Of a stretch of 64,000 bases of DNA, positions 26,769 to 35,568 are shown in pieces. The DNA lies in NCBI GenBank assembly GCA_016722575.1, contig JADKIY010000002.1, positions 136,734 to 200,733 on the forward strand. Reading direction: 5' to 3'. The notes beneath the pieces were generated by a model that saw only the letters and a program-made list of their open reading frames with translations, was not told the origin of the DNA and did not search any database. This DNA is from Elusimicrobiota bacterium. GTDB lineage: Bacteria > Elusimicrobiota > Elusimicrobia > FEN-1173. Numbering within the stretch: the first letter of the stretch is position 1; each line of letters opens with the position of its first letter. Position numbers and translations under genes: made by a program.

Positions 26769-27800
26769 CTATTTATTCTTGACAAATTGTTCCAGGTGCT
26801 GCATTTCCTCCACGGGGGGCCGCGCCAACAGTTCCTTCACGGCCTCCCGGGCCGTTTTGCCTTCATACAAGCAACCGTACAAAGCGTGAATGATCGGCAC
26901 GTCGAGCCCGAACCGGTCGGCCAATTGCTTGGCGCTCTTGGCCGTCGGCAAACCTTCGGCCACCATGGTCATTTCCGCCAAGGCCTGGGGAACGGTTTTG
27001 CCCTGGCCGATTTTTTCACCAAACGCGCGGTTGCGGGAGTGGCGGGAGGTGCACGTCACGATCAAGTCCCCCAGGCCGGCCAAGCCGAAAAATGTGATCA
27101 CCTGGGCGCCGCACGCCGCGCCGAGACGGGCGATTTCGTTCAACCCGCGGGTCATGAGGGCCGCCTTGGTGTTGTCGCCCATGCCCAACCCGTCGGACAC
27201 GCCGCAGGCGACGGCGTAGACATTTTTCAATGCCCCCGCCAATTCCACGCCGATGAAATCCGGACTGGTGTAGACCCGCAGATGGTCGGTGTTGAACAGG
27301 GCGACGACCCGGTCCCGAAAGGGCTCGGGGCCGGCGGCGACCACGGCGGTCGGAAGGGATTTGGCCACCTCCTCCGCGTGGGACGGCCCGGCCAGAACCG
27401 AGACGCGGTCCTTCAGGGCCGGGACTTCGTCGACGATCACCTCCGTCATCCGCTTCAACGAATTGTTCTCGATCCCCTTCGTCACGCTGACCGCCCAGGC
27501 CCCCGGGGCGAGCCGCCCGGTCGATCGAACGGCGCGGAACGTTTGACGCACGTATTCGGAAGGAACGGCGCTCAGCACCACCGGGCGACCGTCCAAGGCC
27601 CCGGCCAAATCGTTGGTCACCGTGGCCTTGGGGTGCAGTTCCAACTGCGGCATGAAGGAAAGGCGCCGGGTTTTCTGAAGGGATTCGGCGCGTTCCCGGT
27701 TGAACTCCCAGACCACCACGTCCCGACCTTGGCGGGCCAAATGATCCGCCAAGGTGGCTCCCCAGCTGCCACCGCCCAATACCGCGACGCGTTCCATCAT
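26769..27800 (-). CDS. gpsA: NAD(P)H-dependent glycerol-3-phosphate dehydrogenase
   Basis: ATG 'MMERVAVLGGGSWGATLA' overlapping the plsY stop (ATGA at 27797-27800). The 5' 198 codons of the track ORF are spurious. Confidence 0.9.
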   Translation of the reverse strand: MMERVAVLGGGSWGATLADHLARQGRDVVVWEFNRERAESLQKTRRLSFMPQLELHPKATVTNDLAGALDGRPVVLSAVPSEYVRQTFRAVRSTGRLAPGAWAVSVTKGIENNSLKRMTEVIVDEVPALKDRVSVLAGPSHAEEVAKSLPTAVVAAGPEPFRDRVVALFNTDHLRVYTSPDFIGVELAGALKNVYAVACGVSDGLGMGDNTKAALMTRGLNEIARLGAACGAQVITFFGLAGLGDLIVTCTSRHSRNRAFGEKIGQGKTVPQALAEMTMVAEGLPTAKSAKQLADRFGLDVPIIHALYGCLYEGKTAREAVKELLARPPVEEMQHLEQFVKNK

Positions 27801-28408
27801 GGTGCCGCCCTGTTTTCCGCGTTCCCGAATCGAACCGGAGGTTCTTCCCCGCGCATCAAACGACGCATGTTGGGAATGTGCTTGTAAACGACGAAAAGGC
27901 CGAGGATCAAAGCCAGGTTCCGTTCCGCGCTCGGCGCCCCCCGCCAAAAGGCGACCGCGGGAAGCGTCACCGCGGCCAACAACGAGCCGACGGAAACACG
28001 GCGCGACAATCCAAAACCGACCGCGAAGGCCAACACGGCGAAGAGCATGGGCCCCGGAAGGAGGGCGATGAACACGCCGCCGGAAGTGGCCACCCCCTTG
28101 CCGCCCCGAAACCCCACCCAGGGCGACCCGCTGTGGCCCAACACCGCGGCCACCCCGACCGCCACGGGAACCAGCCCCCCCGGTCCAAATCGCAGGCAAA
28201 GAAAAACCGGGAGCCACCCCTTGACCATGTCGATTAGAAGCGTCGCAATCCCCGCGCCGCGACCCACCGACCGAAAAACATTGGTGGCGCCGACGTTGCC
28301 CGACCCCACGGTCCGAATGTCGATCCCCCGCAGGGCCCGCCCCATCCAATAAGCCGTCGGCAGGGAGCCCAAGGCGTAGCCCAGCAGTATCCACACCCCC
28401 CCGATCAC
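27797..28408 (-). CDS. plsY: Glycerol-3-phosphate acyltransferase PlsY
   Basis: 203 aa, 'GSGNVGATNVFR...'. GTG start overlapping the der stop (GTGA). Confidence 0.9.
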   Translation of the reverse strand: MIGGVWILLGYALGSLPTAYWMGRALRGIDIRTVGSGNVGATNVFRSVGRGAGIATLLIDMVKGWLPVFLCLRFGPGGLVPVAVGVAAVLGHSGSPWVGFRGGKGVATSGGVFIALLPGPMLFAVLAFAVGFGLSRRVSVGSLLAAVTLPAVAFWRGAPSAERNLALILGLFVVYKHIPNMRRLMRGEEPPVRFGNAENRAAP

Positions 28409-29736
28409 GCTTTGCCCCGTTTGAATTTGAGGTGAACGGGCGAGCCCGCGAAGCCGTAGGCGGCCCGGAAGGCCCGCTCCAAATGACGTTCGTAGGAAAA
28501 GTGAATGTCCGCCGGGTCCATGTTGGTCTTGATGACGATGGTCGGGGGAGCGACGCCCACCTGAGCCGCTCGGTAAAATTTAAGTTTTTGCCCGCCTCGG
28601 GAATAGGGCCGGTCCTGCACCAGGCGCCAAAAGAAGGCGGTCACTTCTTCGTCGTCCAACCGGCGGTGAAATTCCTCGTGGGCGGCGGCCAGGGCCTTCA
28701 GCAACGCGTCAACCTGTTCGCCGGTTTTGGCCGAGAGGAACACCAGGGGGCTGTAGGCCAAAAAGGGCATGCCGTCGCCGGCGCGGGAGCGGTAATATTG
28801 AATCGTCGGGCCGGTGTCGCTGATCAAATCCCACTTGTTGATCCCCACCACCGAGGCCCGGGCCTTTTCGTCGATCAATCGCCCCACCGCCACATCGCCT
28901 TCGGTCATGCCCGACGTCACGTCCACCAGGAGGAGCGCCACTTCGCAGCGGTCCAGGGCCCGTTCGGCCATGAGGCGGGTCAACCCCTCCAAGGCGTCCG
29001 CCTTGGATTTTTTGGCGCGGAGTCCGGCCGTGTCCACGAACACAAAGCGACGGCCGTCCCGTTCCAACCGGGTGTCCACGGTGTCCCGGGTGGTGCCCGG
29101 CACGTCCGAGACGATCATCCGCTTCTCCCCCAACAGGCAGTTGACCAGGGAGGATTTTCCGACGTTCGGTCGCCCCACGATGGCGACCCGGATTTCGTCC
29201 TGGGACGACGGCGCTTCGGCGTCCGCGGGGCGGGGAATTTTCTCCTCGAGCATTTCCAGCAAACCGTTGATTCGCCGTCCGTGGGTCGCCGATATCCCCA
29301 GGAGCGGCGAAAAACCCAGACGCGCGAATTCGCCCGTGGCCGTGTCCCGGCGGGCGTCGTCCGATTTATTGACCACCACGATCACGCGTTTTGATTGGGG
29401 TCGAAGGAGTCGGGCGAAGGACTGATCCGAGGCGGTGAGGCCCTCGCCCGCGTCCACCACCCACACCACCGCGTCGGCCCGGCGGATCCACTCTTCCACC
29501 TGGGCCCGTACGGAGGTCAACACGTCGTCGTTGCCCGGGGAATAACCGCCCGTGTCGATGACGCGGAAGAGGCGTCCGTTCCAATGGCAGTCGCCCTCCA
29601 GCCAATCCCGGGTCGTTCCGGCGATGGGCGAGGTGAGGGCCCGGCGGCTTTCGCAGAGCCGGTTGAACAAGGTGGATTTTCCCACGTTGGGGCGTCCGAC
29701 GATGACGACGGTGGGAGGGGCGGCGTTCGCGCTCAT
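28405..29736 (-). CDS. der: Ribosome biogenesis GTPase Der (EngA), tandem GTPase domains plus KH-like domain
   Basis: ATG 'MSANAAPPTVVIVGRPNVGKSTLFN...AIVGRPNVGKSSLVN' overlapping the pgsA stop (ATGA). The upstream 88 codons of the track ORF are spurious. Confidence 0.9.
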   Translation of the reverse strand: MSANAAPPTVVIVGRPNVGKSTLFNRLCESRRALTSPIAGTTRDWLEGDCHWNGRLFRVIDTGGYSPGNDDVLTSVRAQVEEWIRRADAVVWVVDAGEGLTASDQSFARLLRPQSKRVIVVVNKSDDARRDTATGEFARLGFSPLLGISATHGRRINGLLEMLEEKIPRPADAEAPSSQDEIRVAIVGRPNVGKSSLVNCLLGEKRMIVSDVPGTTRDTVDTRLERDGRRFVFVDTAGLRAKKSKADALEGLTRLMAERALDRCEVALLLVDVTSGMTEGDVAVGRLIDEKARASVVGINKWDLISDTGPTIQYYRSRAGDGMPFLAYSPLVFLSAKTGEQVDALLKALAAAHEEFHRRLDDEEVTAFFWRLVQDRPYSRGGQKLKFYRAAQVGVAPPTIVIKTNMDPADIHFSYERHLERAFRAAYGFAGSPVHLKFKRGKA

Positions 29737-30278
29737 CCCAGTTCCCCCAGCTTCCGCGACCCGATCCACACGTAATCGACGGCGGAGAGCGTCGTCGCCA
29801 GAATCGTCGCCCCCAACGCCCAGGGCAAGACCCCCGCGCCCGGCACGGTCAAGGCCAGGACGACGGTGGCCATTTGAAGGAAGGTGGTGCCCTTGCCCAG
29901 CCAGCGGGGCTCCACGGTAAAGTTGCGGGTCAAAATATAAATCACGTTCCAGCCGATCAAGATGAACAAGTCCCGGGAAAAAACCACCACGAACACCCAC
30001 AGGGGAAACACCCGCAGGTGGGCCAAGGCCAAATAGGACGAGGACAATAAAAGCTTATCGGCGATGGGGTCCAAGTATTTGCCGAGGGTCGTTTGCTCCC
30101 CCCGCCAACGGGCCACCGCCCCGTCCAACACGTCGGAGAGCGCCGCCAAAAGGAAAATCAGGACGGGCCAAACCCGGGCGCCGCTCAACAAACCGATGAT
30201 CACCACGGGGGTTAAGAGAAGCCGAACCAGCGTGATTCGGTTCGCCCAAGTCAAAGCGCGTCGCGGATGTTTGGTCAC
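29733..30278 (-). CDS. pgsA: CDP-diacylglycerol--glycerol-3-phosphate 3-phosphatidyltransferase
   Basis: 'LTWANRITLVRLLLTP...DVLDGAVAR...DPIADKLL'. GTG start (comp. 30276-30278) overlapping the hflX stop (GTGA). Confidence 0.85.
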   Translation of the reverse strand: MTKHPRRALTWANRITLVRLLLTPVVIIGLLSGARVWPVLIFLLAALSDVLDGAVARWRGEQTTLGKYLDPIADKLLLSSSYLALAHLRVFPLWVFVVVFSRDLFILIGWNVIYILTRNFTVEPRWLGKGTTFLQMATVVLALTVPGAGVLPWALGATILATTLSAVDYVWIGSRKLGELG

Positions 30279-31522
30279 GAAAGTCCCAATTCCTTTCTCA
30301 ATTGTCCCCAATTCTTTTCGTCCAAGCGGACGCGCACGCGGGTTCCCTCCGCCTCCGCCGTCTTTTCCAGCAAATGGCCCGCCTCGTGAATTCGCGGCAT
30401 GAGATCTCGCCGGGCGTGGGGCACCAGAAACACCCGTTCTTTGAGCGTTTCGTCCAGCCGTTCCTCAACCCGGGTTAAAAATTCGCCCAGCCCTTCCCCC
30501 GTCGTGGCGCTGGCCAGCAACCGCGACTCGCGCTGATGGACCGCTCGTTGGGCGGGCGTCAAGGCGTCGGTTTTGTTGAACAGTTCAATTTGCGGCATTT
30601 GATCGGCGTCGAGCGTTTTAAGAACGTCCCGCACGACGTCCCGCTGGGAAATCCATTCCGCGCTTTGGGCGTCGATCACGTGAACCAGCAGGTCCGCGTT
30701 GCGCGCCTCTTCCAAGGTGGCGTGGAAGGCCGCCACCAAATGATGCGGCAGGTGTTGAATAAAGCCCACCGTGTCCACGAAAAGGGCCGCCCGACCGCTG
30801 GGCAAACGCGCCCGGCGGGTCGTCGGGTCCAGCGTGGCGAACAATTTGTCGTCGGCGTAAACCGCCCCGGCGGGGTTTTCCCGCAAAGCGTTTAGGAGGG
30901 TCGATTTTCCGGCGTTGGTGTAACCCACCAGGGCCACCAGGGGCATGGGCAATCGCTGGCGGTTCTCCCGCTGGAGGGCCCGTTGGCGTCGGACTTCCTC
31001 GATTTCGCGGCGCAAGCGGGTGATGCGGTCCCGGATCCGCCGCTGGCTGATTTCCAATTTCCGTTCGCCGGGCCCCCGGGTGCCGATGCCGCCGACCTGC
31101 TGTTCAAACCGTCCGAATTTCTCCGTGACGCGGGGGAGCAGGTAATTCATCTGCGCCAGCTCGACCTGCAATTTCCCTTCCCGCGTGCGGGCGCGCTGGG
31201 CGAAAATGTCGAGGATCAACCGCGTGCGGTCGATGATTTTGGCCGGGATTTTCTCCTGAAGATTTTGCTGTTGGGTCGGCGAGAGGTCGTCGTTGATCAC
31301 GACCGCGCCCCACCCTTTTTCGGCCACGGCGCGCGCGATTTCCTCCACCTTGCCTTTGCCGATCAAGGTCGCGGGATCCCGGGACACCCGCTCCTGAATC
31401 CACACGTCTTCGGCGACCCCGCCGGCCGTTTCCAACAACCCCTTCAATTCGTTCAGGGAGGAATCGGCCGTGGCGTTGTTTTTGCCCTTCAGATGAAGTC
31501 CGACGAGGAGCGCGCGTTCCAT
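30275..31522 (-). CDS. hflX: GTPase HflX
   Basis: 415 aa, 'VALVGYTNAGKSTLLNAL', HflX N-terminal and coiled-coil domains. Confidence 0.9.
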   Translation of the reverse strand: MERALLVGLHLKGKNNATADSSLNELKGLLETAGGVAEDVWIQERVSRDPATLIGKGKVEEIARAVAEKGWGAVVINDDLSPTQQQNLQEKIPAKIIDRTRLILDIFAQRARTREGKLQVELAQMNYLLPRVTEKFGRFEQQVGGIGTRGPGERKLEISQRRIRDRITRLRREIEEVRRQRALQRENRQRLPMPLVALVGYTNAGKSTLLNALRENPAGAVYADDKLFATLDPTTRRARLPSGRAALFVDTVGFIQHLPHHLVAAFHATLEEARNADLLVHVIDAQSAEWISQRDVVRDVLKTLDADQMPQIELFNKTDALTPAQRAVHQRESRLLASATTGEGLGEFLTRVEERLDETLKERVFLVPHARRDLMPRIHEAGHLLEKTAEAEGTRVRVRLDEKNWGQLRKELGLS

Positions 31523-31569
31523 GCGGCCCGTATTTTAGCGGTTCCGGAGGCCCGGGGGAAGGAAAAGCC

Positions 31570-32547
31570 TCAGGCCTTCAGGCGGGCGAGGATCCCCTCC
31601 GCCACTTGACGAGGGTCCAGGGGGACCGCGACGGCGATCCATTCCAAGGATTTCTCCCCCCGAAACCAGGTCATCTGCCGCTTCGCGTATTGGCGGGTTT
31701 GCCGGTAAAACAATTCCGACGCTTCGCCCGGACTCAATTCGCCCGCCAGACACCGAACGGCCTCCCGGTAACCCAGGGATTCAAAACCCGGCGCCTTGGC
31801 GGGGACGTGGCGGGACAACAACGACCCGGTTTCTTTCAGAAGGTCCGGCCACAAACGCGCGCAACGCCGTTTCAAATGTTCGTCGTATTCCCCCGCCGGC
31901 CATTTTAATCCGAACCATCGGAAAGACCACGGGACGGCGGTCCCGGCGGTTCGATGCCAATGGGTGATGGGTTTTCCGGTCAAACGGTAAATTTCCAATG
32001 CCCGGATGACCCGCTGCAAATTGTTCGGCGGAATGGCGGCCGCCGCCTCGGGATCCACCGCGGCCAAACGGGCGTGAAGGGCGGGCCGCCCCTCCCGCGC
32101 CGCGAGGTCGGCCAATTCGCTTCGCAGGGCGTCGTCGCCCCGGGGCAACTCGGCGATGCCACGGGCCAGGGCGCGGAGGTAGAGTCCCGTCCCCCCCGCG
32201 ACCACCACCCGGCGACCCCGCGCCCGAATGTCCTCGATCGCGGCCGCGGCTTCCCGGGCAAACCGTCCGGCGTCGTAACGCTCCTCCGGAGCCAGAAAAT
32301 CCACCAGGTGGTGAACGACGCCGTCGCTCACGTAGCGATTTTCGCCATCGACCAGAGCCCAGGCGCCCCGGGGTTTCGCCGTGCCCGCGGAGAGGTCCCG
32401 GTAAACCTGACGGGAATCCGCCGACACCACTTCGGCGTCCAATGCCCGAGCCAGGCGCGTCGCCACCTCGGTTTTGCCGCTTCCGGTCGGCCCGGCGATA
32501 ATGACCACGGGATCGGTGGGGATCAAAGGCCCTCCGGAGGTCCCCAA
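31570..32547 (-). CDS. miaA: tRNA dimethylallyltransferase
   Basis: 'VVIIAGPTGSGKTEVATRLA...VVSADSRQVYRDL'. The start may be slightly downstream of the track start, which overlaps the next gene by 25 nt. Confidence 0.9.
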   Translation of the reverse strand: MGTSGGPLIPTDPVVIIAGPTGSGKTEVATRLARALDAEVVSADSRQVYRDLSAGTAKPRGAWALVDGENRYVSDGVVHHLVDFLAPEERYDAGRFAREAAAAIEDIRARGRRVVVAGGTGLYLRALARGIAELPRGDDALRSELADLAAREGRPALHARLAAVDPEAAAAIPPNNLQRVIRALEIYRLTGKPITHWHRTAGTAVPWSFRWFGLKWPAGEYDEHLKRRCARLWPDLLKETGSLLSRHVPAKAPGFESLGYREAVRCLAGELSPGEASELFYRQTRQYAKRQMTWFRGEKSLEWIAVAVPLDPRQVAEGILARLKA

Positions 32548-32900
32548 ACCAAATCACACAGGGGAGAGAGAACCGGTCGCATCCGGGACACCACGGCGTA
32601 AACGGCTTCGGCCAAACCTCGGAACAAAACGTGTTGTCCGTAAAGTTTCAACCCAAGTCCGCCCCCGGGGGATTGGGCCAGGGCGTTAAAGACCGCCCCG
32701 GCGCCGGACTTCCATTCGCCATCGGCCGACACAAACAGCACGGATTTTTCCAATCGGGATTTCCCTTCGGGAGGAAGCTCCAGGGCGCGGGAGGCCGGCA
32801 CGAGCGTCAAACGGCCGCCGGTCTTTTTCCCGAGCCACGCGGCCCAACGGCGGCAAAAAGCGCAGCGATCGTCGTAAATCAGGCGGGGGGCGGAGACCAC
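32523..32900 (-). CDS. Thiol-disulfide oxidoreductase DCC (DUF393) family protein
   Basis: 'IYDDRCAFCRRW' CxxC motif. GTG at comp. 32898-32900 is preferred (family members start 5-10 aa before the CxxC). The track start is 32960. Confidence 0.7.
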   Translation of the reverse strand: MVSAPRLIYDDRCAFCRRWAAWLGKKTGGRLTLVPASRALELPPEGKSRLEKSVLFVSADGEWKSGAGAVFNALAQSPGGGLGLKLYGQHVLFRGLAEAVYAVVSRMRPVLSPLCDLVWGPPEGL

Positions 32901-32907
32901 GCCGGAC

Positions 32908-33720
32908 TCAATAATGACCGAGGGTGCCCTCGGCCTTGGCCCGGCGCAAGGCGGACCCAAAAGTCACAACGCCCACGGGCCACATCACGAGGCTGAAAAT
33001 CGCCAACGCCGTCATCTGGGGCAACACCTCCCGCCAACCGGCGCCCACCAACAGGGTTTTTCGCAGGCCCTCCAGGGCGTGGGTCATGGGGATCAGCAAG
33101 GCGAATTTTTTCAATCCCCCCGGCAGCGCCTCCATCGGGAAATACACGCCGCCCAGCAACGTGCTGGTGGCCTCCATAAACCAGGTCACGGGATTGCCCC
33201 GTTTAAAGCTCATGATGAAGGCCGCGGCGAAAATGCCCAGGCCCATGAAAGCCGCCAGGGTCAGCGCCAAAATGGCCAGCGCCGGGCCGACGTTGGCCGA
33301 CCGAAGATTCAACCCGAACACCAGGGCGCCGAGCGCCAAGTAGACGCCGACCCGGAGGGTGGCGTAAAGGAAATCCCACAGGGCCGATCCGAGAAGGAAC
33401 CGCGGCGTGCTGAGCGGGGTCATCAACAACGGCTCCAGCGTGTTCAGGAATTGCTCCTGCCGGAGCGATTGGGAAAAGGAATTCAACCCCACGTTCTGAT
33501 AGGCCGCGAAGGCCACGCCGATCAAAACAAAGGCGAAATAATCCCCGCCGTAATTTTTCAAAAACGGCATCGCGGCCGAACCGAACATTTTCGCGATGAA
33601 ATAGTACGTCGCGGCGCTGAAAAAAACGCCGCCCATGTCCATCACGAACCCCACTTTGTACGACACGTGGATGGTGGCGTCCCGACGAAGAAACGCCCAA
33701 AGGGTTCGCAGGGTTTTCAC
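32908..33720 (-). CDS. ABC-2 type transporter permease
   Basis: GTG 'VKTLRTLWAFLRRD...' overlapping the ATPase stop (GTGA at 33717-33720). Six TM segments. The upstream 157 codons of the track ORF are spurious. Confidence 0.75.
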   Translation of the reverse strand: MKTLRTLWAFLRRDATIHVSYKVGFVMDMGGVFFSAATYYFIAKMFGSAAMPFLKNYGGDYFAFVLIGVAFAAYQNVGLNSFSQSLRQEQFLNTLEPLLMTPLSTPRFLLGSALWDFLYATLRVGVYLALGALVFGLNLRSANVGPALAILALTLAAFMGLGIFAAAFIMSFKRGNPVTWFMEATSTLLGGVYFPMEALPGGLKKFALLIPMTHALEGLRKTLLVGAGWREVLPQMTALAIFSLVMWPVGVVTFGSALRRAKAEGTLGHY

Positions 33721-34514
33721 GAGGCCGCCCCCTCCCCCGCGGGGGAAGCGGCGGGGCTTTCCGTCAACCGGTGAAAAAAAGTTTCCAAATCGAAGGACGG
33801 CGTCTTTTCCAGGGCGGCCGCGATGGAGCCCTCGAACCGCACCCGTCCGTCGCCCAACACCACCCAATGGTCCGAGATTTTGCGCGCGTCGTCCAAATGG
33901 TGGGTGGAAATCAGGACGGTTTTTTTCCGCCGGCCGCACCATTCGTCGCGGATGACCTCCCGCAATCGGGAGGCGAAGCGGGGGTCCAGGTTTTGATGGG
34001 GTTCGTCCAGGATCAACAGCGACGGGTCGTGCAGGTCCGCCCGCGCCAGCAAATACCGTTGTTTTTGCCCGCTGGAGAGTTCCCGAAAGGGGCGATCCAA
34101 ACTGCCGGCGAGGTCCAGCAAGTCCGAAAGCTCCCGCAATCGCTTTTCGAAGACCGCGTTGGAAAGTCCGTGCATCTGCCCGTAAAACCACAAATTCATC
34201 CGGGCCGACAAGCGGCCGTAAAACGATTGATCTTCCGTGGAGGCAAACCCGATCTTTTCCTTGGCGCGCACCGACGCCCGGTGCGCGTCGACCCCGTCCA
34301 GAAGGACGCGGCCGCCGTCGGGCAGGAGCAGGGTGCCGATGGTTTTAAGCAAGGTGGTTTTGCCGGAGCCGTTGGGGCCCAGCAGGCACACCAATCCGCC
34401 CGGAGGAACCTGAAAGGACACGTTCTTTAACACGGGCCGGGGGCCCCGGGAGGACGGAAAAGATTTGGAGACGTCGAGAACGCGAAGACCGGACACGGGA
34501 ACGGCCGGCGTCAA
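33717..34514 (-). CDS. ABC transporter ATP-binding protein
   Basis: Walker A 'GPNGSGKTT', signature 'LSSGQKQR', Walker B 'LILDEP'. Start proposed at TTG overlapping the HD-GYP stop (TTGA at 34511-34514). The alternative GTG at 34496 gives 'VSGLRVLDVSKSF'. Confidence 0.8.
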   Translation of the reverse strand: MTPAVPVSGLRVLDVSKSFPSSRGPRPVLKNVSFQVPPGGLVCLLGPNGSGKTTLLKTIGTLLLPDGGRVLLDGVDAHRASVRAKEKIGFASTEDQSFYGRLSARMNLWFYGQMHGLSNAVFEKRLRELSDLLDLAGSLDRPFRELSSGQKQRYLLARADLHDPSLLILDEPHQNLDPRFASRLREVIRDEWCGRRKKTVLISTHHLDDARKISDHWVVLGDGRVRFEGSIAAALEKTPSFDLETFFHRLTESPAASPAGEGAAS

Positions 34515-35557
34515 AGGCCCCGGACCCACCAGCGCTGGGCGCGGAGGGCGAGGGCCAATCGTTGATCGGTGGTTTTGATTTTGGTTTCGTCGAGGGCTTC
34601 GGTGATGAAGGCGCCGGGCTTGGTGCCCAAATTGACGACGCGCTGACCGTCCACGCGGCCGCCTTTTTCGTCGATCATCACCCACACGCGCGGGCGGAGC
34701 GGCAGGCCCGGGCTGGTGGTCAGCACCCGGCCGATTTCGCCGGTGGACAAACGGACGAAGGACCCCGGCGGGTAAAGGGAAAAGGTGTCGATCATGGCGC
34801 GGATCAAGAGGGGATCGAACTCCGCCGCGTTCTCTTCCACGAAAGAGCGAAGCACCTCGTGGGGAACCGTGCGGGGGCGCCAGGGCCGCATGTGGGTCAT
34901 GGCCTCGTAGACGTCGGCCATGGCGATGATTTTGGCGAAGAGGTGGATGCGGTCGGCCGACAACTTGGCGGGGTACCCCTGGCCTTCCTCCCGCTCGTGC
35001 GATTCGCCGATGACCCGGGAGACCATCGCTTTTAAATCGTCGGTCCACCCGTCAAAAAGATCCAACAGTATTTGCCCTTCTTCCACGTGCGCCCGGAGCC
35101 GCTGGGTCTCCTCGGGGCTGAGCTTCGTCGGTTTCGCGGTGATTTCCATGTGGGCGATGAGCCCCAGGTCGTGAAGAAAAGCGGCAAGGCCCACGGTCTC
35201 CAAGTCGTCGCCCCGAAGGTCCAGGGCCATGCCGAGGCGCAGGGCGACGATGGTGACGTTGACCACGTGGCTGAAGAGGAAATGGTCGGAAGCGGAGCGG
35301 TCGGCCAGGGCCAGGATCTCCTGGTCCCCCCCGGCCAGAAGGCCGATGATTTTACGGACGGGGGCCCAGGGCAGGGCCAACGAGTGGGAAGCCGTGGCGG
35401 CGGATTCGACGACTTTGGTCGGGTCTTCCCCCAGGGCGGGGGCGATTTTCTTGTATAACTCCCGGGCCGCGGCCATCACGTCCCCGTACACGTCCGCTGG
35501 ACGGGGCGCGGACGCGGGGCCCCCTCCGGGAAGCGCGGTGGACGGGGCCTCGGTCAT
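34511..35557 (-). CDS. HD-GYP domain protein (c-di-GMP phosphodiesterase-type HD hydrolase)
   Basis: 348 aa, 'HDLGLI', 'HEREEGQGYP' (HD...GYP signature). Confidence 0.8.
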   Translation of the reverse strand: MTEAPSTALPGGGPASAPRPADVYGDVMAAARELYKKIAPALGEDPTKVVESAATASHSLALPWAPVRKIIGLLAGGDQEILALADRSASDHFLFSHVVNVTIVALRLGMALDLRGDDLETVGLAAFLHDLGLIAHMEITAKPTKLSPEETQRLRAHVEEGQILLDLFDGWTDDLKAMVSRVIGESHEREEGQGYPAKLSADRIHLFAKIIAMADVYEAMTHMRPWRPRTVPHEVLRSFVEENAAEFDPLLIRAMIDTFSLYPPGSFVRLSTGEIGRVLTTSPGLPLRPRVWVMIDEKGGRVDGQRVVNLGTKPGAFITEALDETKIKTTDQRLALALRAQRWWVRGL

Positions 35558-35568
35558 GGATATTTAAT